Positions 1 to 11,000 of a DNA stretch of 64,000 nucleotides are shown in pieces. Position numbers and translations under genes: made by a program. Under the pieces are notes generated by a model. That model saw nothing but the letters and a program-made list of their open reading frames with translations, did no database searches and was not told the origin of the DNA. The DNA is taken from assembly GCF_004010195.1 (NCBI RefSeq), contig NC_057718.1, forward strand, positions 89,605,800 to 89,669,799, read 5' to 3'. The DNA comes from Chiloscyllium plagiosum. Taxonomy: Eukaryota. Positions within the stretch are counted from its first letter, which is position 1, and each line of letters opens with the position of its first letter.

Positions 1-245
1 CAATCTTCTTCCCGATCTCTCTGCCCCCACCCCCTCTCCTGCTTATCACCCTCACCTTAACCTCCTTCCACCTATCGCATCCCCAAGGCCCCTCTTCCAA
101 GTCCCTCCTCCCTACCTTTTATCTTAGCCTGCTGGACACACTTTCTTTATTCCTCAAGAAGGGCTTATGCCCGAAACGTCGATTCTCCTTCTCCTTTGAT
201 GCTGCCTGACCTGCTGTGCTTTTTCAGCAACACATTTTTAAGCTC
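1..245 (+). mobile_element. Penelope-like element 3' end (family A) with degenerate hammerhead core
   Basis: Pyrimidine-rich region then CCTCAAGAAGGGCTTATGCCCGAAACGTCGATT...GATGCTGCCTGACCTGCTGTGC. Confidence 0.7.
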
Positions 246-1495
246 ATGCTGACTATAATCCCAAACTAAACTACTCCCACCTGCCTCCTCCTGGCCCATA
301 TCCCTCCAAACCTTTCCCATTCATGTACTTACCCAAATGTCTTTTAAATGTTCTCAGTGTGCCTGCATCCACCACTTTCTCTGGAAGTTTATTCCACACA
401 CTCTGTGTGAAAATGTTGCCCCTCATGACTTCTTAAAATCTTTCTCCTCTCACCTTAAAAATGCACCTTTTAGTCTTGATATCCCCCACTCTAGGGAAAA
501 GGTACCTGCCATTCACCTTATCTATGCCCCTCATGATTTTATAAACCTCTATAAGGTCACTCCTCAATGTCCTACGCTCCAGTGAAAATAGTCCCAGTCT
601 TTCTTTACAACTCAAACCTTCCATACCCAGCAACATCCTGGTAAATCTCTTCTGAACCCTCTCCATGATGTGGAGGTGCTGGTGTTGGACTGGGGTGGAC
701 AAGGTCAGAAGTCACGCGGCACCAGGTTATAGTCCAACAGGTTTATTTGAAATCACAGGCTTTCGGAGCGCTGCTCACTCATTGGGTGAAGTGGAGGGAA
801 GCACACAGGCATAGAATTTATAGGCAGAGAGATCAAAAGATCTGAGTGGAGTGTCCACAGGCTGAATAATAAGCAGGTGATCAAGAGTGCCAGACAGTGT
901 GAGTAAAGAGTGAACAGCTAAATAGCAGGTGAAGGCATGACCTATAATCCAATTAATTGAGGCCTCAACGTGTAACCCCACCACATTGTCCTGTATCTGT
1001 AAAATCTCCTTACAATCCTGTTTTGATACCATCACCTTGCTAACTTGTTATAATCTCTCTACCTTAATTATTTTGTACAGTTTTGGATTACTCATTCCTT
1101 TGGTCAGGCCCTCGGCATGCAACTCTTACACCTGTCATGTTATTCCAGCCATTTGGTTTGTCTCCAGCACCACCTTATTTTTAATTATCTCTCTGCCTCG
1201 ATTAGTCAGATTATGGGTCATCCTTTCGCTTGCTAATCAGCTGTTGACACTTTACTCACACTGTCTGACACTTCATCATCTGCAACAGACTCATTATTCA
1301 GCCTGTTGACACTTTACACACACCATTTTGATCTCTCCGCCTATAAATTCTGTGCCTGTGTGTTCCTGTTCACTCTCCTGATGAAGGAGCACCACTCCAG
1401 AACCCTCTCCAGCTTAATAACATCCTTCCTATAACAAGGTGACCAGAACATCCTTCCTATAACAAGGTGACCAGAACTGGACACAATACTCCAAG
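245..1495 (-). mobile_element. CR1/HER1-like LINE 3' fragment (interrupted at 666-1399)
   Basis: [47 protein letters not shown]1 ORF2 C-terminus. Confidence 0.88.
666..1399. mobile_element. PLE-derived insertion with inverted ends, inserted into a CR1; 12-bp TSD GAACCCTCTCCA
   Basis: TSD at 654-665 and 1400-1411; CR1 sequence resumes after it; CTGATGAAGGAGC hammerhead-type remnant near 1378. Confidence 0.75.
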
Positions 1496-1970
1496 GAAAC
1501 CTTGTTGTTACTGTTGGTGCTGGAGAGATCATGGGCTTAAATGACTTAAACCCACAACGTGTGAGTTCAGAGACAAGACTGAGAGATCTACGGGCTAACT
1601 GAAGCACTGCTGGTGGGTAGCAGTGTTCTGTGGTAGGGATACAACGGTCTCAGGCCAACTCAACAAAACGCCATTCAAAGAACACAGAATTCCCCCCGAC
1701 CCATTAACTGTTAAAATACAGTTTTCTTTTTATCATCTGTCTGTTACCAGACAGATTCTTCTCAGGTGACATCCTGTGTTGCTTGGCCAATGACCTTGTA
1801 GATCAAACTTTCAGGGAAGGGTAATGCTGGCCTAGTCAGTGAGGCCCAGAGCCCGGTAACGAGTAAAGAGGAAAAGATGGATGGTCAATGATTTTCCCAC
1901 TTGCACACGCCCTGCGCCCTGTGTTTTACACACCCTCAGGCTCTGGCATAAAACAATATGCTGAACAAAC

Positions 1971-2079
1971 CTTCAGAACTGACTGCAACTCTCCGTACTT
2001 TCTGGGATTGGAGGCGTCATTCCGGATCTCCATCAGCTGCTTATTCTTTGTCAGAAGCCATTTTGATTGTTCGGAATAT
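1971..2079 (-). CDS. SYNE1: nesprin-1-like exon: (R)[36 protein letters not shown]
   Basis: 109 nt, ttgcag|A...AAG|gtttgt; completes the AG|A Arg codon of exon 6343-6560; aligns without gaps to the recalled human FSEFSSWISTNETQLKGIKGEAIDTANHGEVKRAVE. Confidence 0.85.
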
Positions 2080-5000
2080 CTGCAAAAGGACGAGAGGGAG
2101 TGTTTTCACACACACAGACGTAGAACAGAATAGTGAAGAAACCGGCCCTTCAGCACAACAAATCCACACCGACCCTCCAAAGAGTATCCCACCCAGACCC
2201 ATTCCCCTATCACTCTACATTTACCCCTGACTAATGCACCTAACCTACACATCCCTGGACACTATGGGTAATTTAGCCTGGCCAAGTCACCTGACTTACA
2301 TATCTTTGGATTATGGGAGGAAACACCCACAGACACAGGGAGAATGTGCAAACTCCACACAGGCAGTTGCCCAAGGCTGGAATCGAACCCAGGTCCCTGG
2401 TGCAGTGAGGCAGCAGTGCTAACCACTGAGCCACTGTGCCGCCCGTTAAACCATGGTGAATGTGGGAATACGGGTATAAGTTGGGATGCTCTTCGAAGGG
2501 TCAGTGCAGACTCAATGGGCCGAATGGCCTCTGTGCACTGCAGGGATACTGTATGGGACAGTCCTTGTACCTGTCTTTCCCGGTCTCCCTCTTGAAGAGT
2601 TCGTCGAAGTGCACCATCTTCTGCCGTGTGATGGTGTGCAGTTTGAGGCGGGGCCGAAGACGGTGCAGGAGCTGCAGGTGGTTATAGAGCCGACCCTTGC
2701 CGTCTCTCCTCATGCAGCTGCTGGGTCCCCAGAAGATGAAGATCGGGTCGCGGCTGGCGTTGAGGAGCTCGCTCCCTTTCTGCAGCAGCCGCTGGATGCT
2801 GGAGTGCGCGACCACCCGCAGGCTGGTCCTGCGGCCCACATCCTCCTGGTAACCCCGTGTCGGGGCGTCGTTCATCCTGATGACGCACTCGGCGCGGTCG
2901 ATCTCTGCTCCCCGCCCGCTCCCGATGAGTTGCCCAGAGCTGGTGACCAGAGCGCAGTCCTTACAGTGGACCTGCAGAGCCTGAAACAACAACAGCAACA
3001 AAACCAGGCCTCAGTCAATCCTTTGCTGAAACAATGAAGGCAGGAGAGCGCCCAAAATACTCCACATGACACTCCCTACTCAGGGGTCACCTGGGAAGGC
3101 AAAGAGTATCCCACCCAGACCCATTCCCCTATCACTCTACATTTACCCCTGACTAATGCACCTAACCTACACATCCCTGGACACTATGGGTAATTTAGCC
3201 TGGCCAAGTCACCTGACTTACATATCTTTGGATTATGGGAGGAAACACCCACAGACACAGGGAGAATGTGCAAACTCCACACAGGCAGTTGCCCAAGGCT
3301 GGAATCGAACCCAGGTCCCTGGTGCTGTGAGGCAGCAGTGCTCACCACTAAGCCACCACACCAACACTTAAAATGCGAAGTACTTCTTGAGGCAGAGCCT
3401 GAATCATCTGTCTAACAACAGCATTGGGTGTGTATTCTGGGAAAACGTATGAGAGGACACATGCAAATATCCTGAAAAGGAATGGGCACACAGCTCCAGT
3501 AGAAGAGCCACCACAGGTATGATTGGTCAAATGGCCTCCTCCAGAGCTGCTGGGTTTCCAAACTGCCCCAAGCTCTCGGTGAGTTCCTGCCTAACATTGT
3601 TTCATCCCCTCCACACCTCTATCTCAAGCAATGCCTCGTGCTTAGGCCTTTCATCCACTCCTGAATTCCTCCTGTCGTCTCTCCTCCAAATTCCCCAAAT
3701 TGTCACTCAACCTCACGTTCACATTAACTCTCCAGAGAGTACACGACCTCCACTTTGCCAAGACCCAGAGCCTCCCTCTCTCTCTCGGATGCCAATCCAG
3801 AGTGGCCCTTCCTGGTTCACCCTCACCATCCACATCGGCCTTTGGGAATCTCTCTCTCACTTGACCCCACGGAAGAATCCCCCAAACTCAGAGGAGCAGA
3901 TGGAGAAGGAGCAGAAGGAGGACATTCAGCCCGTCGAGCCTGCTGCCTGATTCGATGAGATTGCAGTTGAGCTGATTGTAACCTCAAACCCATATTCCCA
4001 CCAAACCCTCTCACCCGGTGGGAAGAGTTAAACTTTGCAATGGTATTCCCCTGGCCAGAGTCATACGGAATGCAGCTACGTCTGGTTACCTTTCTTTCCC
4101 ACTCATCACATTCCCGATCCCAGGCAACTAGTTGGTCAATATGCACTTAGAGAGTCATAGAGTCACACAGCATGGAAACAGACCTCTCAGTCAATGCCGA
4201 ACATAATCCCAGTCTTCTGCCTCCTCACTCCTCATCAATTCCTCCACAGTCTCCAGTTCCAACCTCGTGCTTGATCTCATCACACCTGACAAGACACTTT
4301 ACCTAGTGATCCAGCATCAATCAGGCCTACCGTGAGCAACATGTCTCCAAATCCTCTCGCTATTCCGGAACCTTCTGACCTTCCCTGTCCCTTCGACCTC
4401 TGACCTTTCCCATCAGGGCTTCAGTCGTTTGGTGACTTCCAAAACCAAAACCGACCGCTCACTTGGATTCTACCCAACGTTCCACTGGAGGCCTGCTTGC
4501 ACTGGGAGACCTAGAACATTCCAAGCCGCTAACAACTGCATGGAGCACCAAGGTGGTTTTGAGCCTGGGAGGGGGTCATGTTAATCCTCAGAAACAGGTG
4601 AGCTGAAGTTGAGCCAGATGCTAAATCTTCAGACATCTGAAACCTGACTCCAGCCGGCCCACATCCAGACTTAACACGCTAAACCACTCAGGATTGTGAA
4701 GTAAAAACCAGGTACCAAATTTTGGATTCATGCTACATTTACTTACCAGAACAAAACAATATAAATCTCAGCTTCCTGCCTAGCCAACCCTAAATGCCCC
4801 AGCATACTTACTTCATTCTCATCTTTTCTAATCAACCTGTCCACAGCATAGAATCCCTACAGTGTAGGAACAGGCCCTTCAGCCCAACAAGTCCACACTA
4901 ACCCTCCAAAGAGTAACCCACCCAGACCCATTCCCCTACATTTACCCCTAACAAAAGTACCTAACCTGCACATCCCTGAATACTACAGGCAATTTAGCAT

Positions 5001-8000
5001 GGCCATTTCACCTAACCTGCACATCTTTAGATACCTCTGGAGCAGGTGGGATTTGAACCTAGACCGTCTAGCCCAGAGGTAGGGACATTACCATTGTATG
5101 CAAGAATCCTTATGCCTTTGTCAGCTGTTCTGAAAGTGCTTAATCGATCAATAGCTGTCACCTTTTTTTAACAGTTTTTAACAGTTAAAAAAATTAACAA
5201 TTATTGACATTGGAAGTGTTAATATTTTAAAGTCTAGAACAGAGTAGGAGAAAGCTAAGGCCGTGAGGGCACTATCTGCTGGGCTTAAGTGGACAAGAAC
5301 ATTCAATCCTGGCCCTTTAGCTCCATCACATATGACAAAACCTTAGCCACTTCCCAGTATTCTCAAAGCTCCACCCCATCAGGGGTCACAGCACCTTCAG
5401 GGGTCGGGGATGGGGCATCTCCCACCTCCACAAGCATCCCCAGGTTCCTTCAGAGCAGTCTGGGCCTGTTCCAGAATCCTCCCCACCCGATTTTAAACCA
5501 ATCATGAAGTCTTCCCAGTGGGGATTACATTAAAATGAGAAAGCACTTTGAAACAGAGAAGGCTGAGGTGGGGTGGGGAGGGGAATTTCTGACTGAGGTG
5601 TATAAGATTATGAAGGGCCTGGACAGGGGTGGATAGAGAGCAGCTGTTTCCTTCAGTCAAAGGGTCAATAACAACTGGGCATAATCTTCGAAGCGTAAGA
5701 CAAGAAGTTTAGAGGGGGCGTGAGGAAAAACACCAAGGGTTGGCAGAGGTCTGGAATACAATACATGGGGAGTGCTGTTGAGGTGAGAATCCTCGTAACG
5801 TTTAGAAAGTCATTGGATGAGCACCTGAAGTCCATAACATTCAAGGCTATGGGCCTAGTACGGGTAACTGGGACTAGTGTAGACGGTAGTGGAAAAGTGT
5901 GGTGTTGGAAAAGCACAGCCGGTCAGGCAGCATCTGAGGAGCAGGAGAGTCACCATTTTGAGCATAAGCCCTTCATTAGACTTCCAGATGAAGAGCTTTT
6001 CTTGAAATGTTGACTCTCCTGCTCCTCAGATGCTGCCTGACCTGCTGTGCTTTTCCAGCGCCACACTCTTCAACTCTGTTTTCCAGCATCTGCACTCCTC
6101 ACTTTTTCCTAGTGTAGACAATAGTCTATGTTTGGCAGTACAGGCTAGATGGGCCGAAGAGCCTATTCAGTACGGTATGATTCTATGATTCAAAACTCCG
6201 CAGGACGTGGGGGACAGTGAACTTTGTACTTCCTGGATCAATCTTGTGAGAGACGGCTCCAGTTTGGCCAGGAGCCCACTCCTAAGCTACTTTGAGGGAA
6301 AGTTAATAAACCCCAGGTCACGGTATCACTCATCACTGTTACCTCGTCCTGTACTCCTTCCATTTGTCGGGCTGATCCAATATTTTCTGGTAGGTGGCAT
6401 CAATAAGTCCTTGCAATTCCCTCAGCGTCTTTTTGTCCATTTCGTGTTTTGTCCTGATCCCCTCGTACTTCCGAGATTCCGGCAGCTTCTGACAGAGGTC
6501 TCCGATCACCTTGCCCCGCTTCCTGCACCACTCGAACTTCCCAGTCTCGGAGAAAAACTCCTGAAAAGGGAAATCAGTCGTTGGTGGAGCCCATCAGTCA
6601 TGGTAAGAGGCTGAATGGGATCCCGAGGGACGTCTTCAAATCTGATTCCCCCCCCCCCCCCCAATCCGGGATCTCAAACCCGAGAAGGAGGAGCGCATGA
6701 GTCTAGGGCATGGCCACCGACATGGTGCCATCCAGATGGGAAGCCATATACACGCGCTGGGATAAAGGTGGGACTGGAGAAGCCTCAGAGAAAGGAATTG
6801 GAAAATTGTGCTGGCTAAGCAAATAATATAACATACCCTCGAATCCCTTCAACATGGAAGCAGGCCATTCAGCCCAATCCACACTAACCCTCCAAAGAGC
6901 ATCCCAACCCCCTTTCCCTCCAACCCTGCATGTCCCATGGCTAACCCACCTAGCCTGCACATTATGGGGCAATCTCACATGGCCAATCCCCCAAGCCTGT
7001 ACATCTTTGGACTGTGGGAGGAAACCAGAGCACACCCGACACAGAGAACATGCAAACACCACACAGACAGTTGCCCAAGAGTGGAATCAAACCCAGGTCC
7101 CTGACACTGTGAGGCAGCAGCGCTAATCACTGAGCCATTATGCTGCACCATACCAGTGATGGAATAATGATTTCATTTATTACTGTCACATGTACTGAGA
7201 TACAGTGAAAGGTATTGCCGTGCATGCTAGCTGGACAAATCATACCATACATAAGTCTATCAGGATGAAGGGTGTGTGGAACTCTGGAACCTCACAGAGG
7301 TAAAGTAGACTGTGTAACCAGTGTTGTAAAGGAAAAATAAATAGTAATTCTTGAAGTGCAAATATCGAGCTCATTCCCAGCACATCTTAAAGGGAAACCA
7401 ACAATGTAACTGAGCATTAATCATAAAATAAGTCTGTCTTGAGAGTCAGGATTGTAAAGAAAAATGGGCGGGGACTCAATTCAGAATGAAAATACAGGAT
7501 GATAAACGATCTGGGTAAAATTAGAGGAGATGGCCACTCTGTCCTTAACTGAGTATGAACATGGCTGCCGATGCTCCACCAAGTGGCCGCCTAGTGGAAC
7601 CACATGACCTGATGGTGCCAAGGCTGAGGGCCATGTCATAGAGTCACAGAGATGTATAGCACAGAAACAGACCCTTCGGTCCAACCCGTCCATGCCGACC
7701 AGATATCCCAATCCAATCTAGTCCCACCTGCCAGCACCCAACCCATATCCCTCCAAACCCTTCCTATTCATATACCCATCCAAATGCCTCTTAAATGTTG
7801 CAATTGTAAAAAAGATAGCCGTCCTTGGGTGGGCTCAAACCACCAGCCTTTCAGTTAATAGCCAAACGCACTAACTGATTGCACAACTGTGATTTGGGCA
7901 AATTCAGTGTTCGCAAAATAAGTATGAAATTCATCTGTGACATCATGCAAAATGAAACCATTTAATCTATATAAATCAATGTTGAAATGGCACACTCATT

Positions 8001-11000
8001 TATAAGTGCAAAATGATGCATTTTGTTTGGAAGATAACAAAAGTCACTAAGTCTGCAGGAAGAATGAGTCTAAATGGGGTGCAAGAGCAAAGATGTATAA
8101 GATATCCTAACTCACAAATCATGAAAGGTAGTTACAGATGCTAACAAGGTCATAAACCAAAATAGAATTTGCACTGCAGTTCATTTCTATAGAGAGATTC
8201 ATAGAATCCCTACAGCTCAGAAAGAGGCCATTTGGCCCACTGAGTCAGTAATAACCCTCCAAAGAACATCCCAATCAGAATCAACAACCATTCCACTCCT
8301 GTATTTCCCATGGCTAATCCACCAAAGCTCGTGGACAATTCTGGTCTCCTTCCTATCGGAAAGATGTTGTGAAACTTGAAAGGGTTCAGAAAAGANNNNN
8401 NNNNNNNNNNNNNNNNNNNNNNNNNNNNNNNNNNNNNNNNNNNNNNNNNNNNNNNNNNNNNNNNNNNNNNNNNNNNNNNNNNNNNNNNNNAACATTTAAA
8501 AGGCATCTGGATGGGTATATGAATAGGAAGGGTTTGGAGGGATATGGGCCGAGTGGTGACAGGTGGGACTAGATTGGGTTGGGATATCTGGTCGGCATGG
8601 ACAGGTTGGACCGAAGGGTCTGTTTCCGTGCTGTACATCTCTATGACTCTATGCAGGGGGAAAGCTACACAGACATAGGGAGAACACAAAAACAGTCACC
8701 TCGGAGTGGAATTGAACCTGGATCCTTGAGGCAGCAGTGCTAAATACCGAGCCACCATGCTACCCAGGAGCAGGCCTCCATCTGGGTTGAGACCACGTGG
8801 GCAACTGGATTTGAAGAACTCTCGGGGTATGTTATATTTATACGTGGCTTGGTTTGATCGCAACTTTGGTCTCCACGTTACATAAAAGGATCTAGAGGGA
8901 CTGGAGAAAATTGCTGGCATCCCACACATGTATAAAACAAACGGAGGCCACTCTGTCGCTCGTCAAGTCCTGTCTGGAGACAAGCCAGCAAGTGACCACA
9001 CTCAGTGCTTACCTTGTGTTGTACAATAAGCTCTTCACTGTTGGTGCTGGTTAAGAGCTTGTTCTCCTTTTCCAGTTGTAGTTTACATTCCTCCATCATC
9101 TCCACCAGCTTATTTCTGGCTGCTTCAATCTGGAGGCGGAGCAAGTGGTAGGGGGCTTCAGCCTGAAGGTCCTGAAATAATCCAAGCAGCATCGTGAAAA
9201 TCAAAAGCCAAGGTTTGGAAAGGTATACTGGCGATCACTCGAGACCAGCTCTTCCTGTCACACCATGGGCTTGAGCCACCTCAGGCAGGCTTTACAAACG
9301 TCCGGTGGAATGCAATCCTGGGATTCCCACCCCTTGTCAGCGACTTTGATCCGTAGTGGAATAAGGGTCTCGGTTATCAGCCTGCTTCTGCTGCCCCAAT
9401 CTTGCAAGTTCCAATCTGGGAGTGGGCTTTTCAGATCGTCCCTAATACCACAGAGTGGCACCTCAAGGCAGTGTGCTTTACCCCAGCTCAGGGGCGGGGC
9501 AGGGGCGAACCATGATTAGAGATGGGAAGCGTTTGAGAGTTAAGCTCAAAAGGGGTTGCCAACTTCGTGTGTCGTGTCGGAAGACTATGTGGTAAGGGCT
9601 TCGTTTTGAAAAGGTAAGTGACCATTAAATCAAACAGAATTGTGACACATACATTAGAATTCATCATCCCGCTAGATAAAGTACTACTCTGCACCATACA
9701 ACATTGGAATCAAAATCTGACCATGTAAATTACAGAGGAACCTCGATTATCCGGCATTCAATTATCCAAATTTTGGATTATCTGAACAAGATCGCAAGGT
9801 CCTGATGCTTGGTTAAACTGTGTTACCTGGCATTTGGTTATCCAAACAAAATACTCCCAACCCGTGTCGCTCAGGTAATCGAGGTTCCTCTGTATTGGCT
9901 CAGCCATCTGTTTGGCTGTTTCAAAGCTCCAACAGATGGCTCAGTTTCTGACTGACCTCAAAGGTTTTAATGTATTCGCCTCTAGATGCTTTGTTGACCA
10001 AGTTGATCAATGGGATATCATTATGAATGCTTGCCTGAATTCCAAACTTATTAATGGATTCTGACAGGGTCTATAGGCTTGGATCTAGTGGTAGATTTAT
10101 GAACCATTAAAAGGATTATGTTTTGCAAGTAGATCATGTTGTACTGTTTGATTGCTTTAGCTGATTTATATAGTGGACAGAAATGAATCCTAGAGGGGAC
10201 AAGGTGTCAATGATGGTTAGGGGGCCTCATATTCTGATTCAGAACCAGGCCAATGTCTCAGTACAAAAGGGTGGGCCATATGACCCTACCCTGTGCTCAA
10301 GGGGGTAAACACCACCAGTTGAGTGGCAGGATCATGCTATCAAGACATCTGACCCCTCCCCTGCTCCTGACAATTCCCAATTCCCAATTCCCGGATGAAA
10401 ATCTAGCCCAAGGCCTCAGGATCTTAGTGCTGAGGGACGCCAACTTGTAGATCCATATTATTCTATATTGACAATGACAGTCAGCCTTGCTGTACATTGT
10501 ATCCGTAAACTGAGGGATGCTGGGACTGAAACTCAGGGTTCCTTTAACATATAATACAAAAACCCCTTTAGACTTCAATCACTAACCTCATGCCCCCAAC
10601 ATTATTACCATGTTTACTGTGCAGAAACTCAGACAAAATGGGGTGGCACGGTGGCTCAGTGGTTAGCACTGCTACATCACAGCAGCCAGGACCCAGGTTT
10701 GGTTCCACCCTTGGGTGACTGCCTGTGTAGAGTTTTCATGTCCACCCTGTGTCTGCGTGGGTATCCCCCGGGTGCTCCGGTTTCCTCCTACAGTCCAAAG
10801 ATGTGCATGTTAGGTGGATTGGCCCTGCTAAATTGCCCATAATGCCCAGGAATGTGCAGGTTAGGTGGACTGGCTATGCTAAATTCCCCATAATGCCCAG
10901 GGATATGCAGGTTAGGTGGATTGGTTATGGGAAATGCAGGGTTATGGGGTAGGGGATATATCTGGGTGAGATGCTCTTCGGAGGGTCGGTGTGGACTCGA

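Noticed and set aside
2486..3037. 183-aa plus-strand ORF
   Set aside because: Antisense shadow of the GC-rich sialyltransferase exon.
5436..5482. Minus-strand peptide [15 protein letters not shown] resembling nesprin [15 protein letters not shown]
   Set aside because: Only about 15 codons, in-frame stop just upstream, no splice signals; probably chance.
2981..6342. Upstream ST6GALNAC5 exons (transmembrane/stem) that would make a complete nested gene
   Set aside because: No suitable exon found by eye here, and no sialylmotif S exon in 1-2570. Exons outside the window cannot be excluded.
8396..8490. Gap as a scaffold misjoin explaining the sialyltransferase exon
   Set aside because: Nesprin exons continue in order and phase on both sides of the gap, and the foreign exon is more than 5 kb away.
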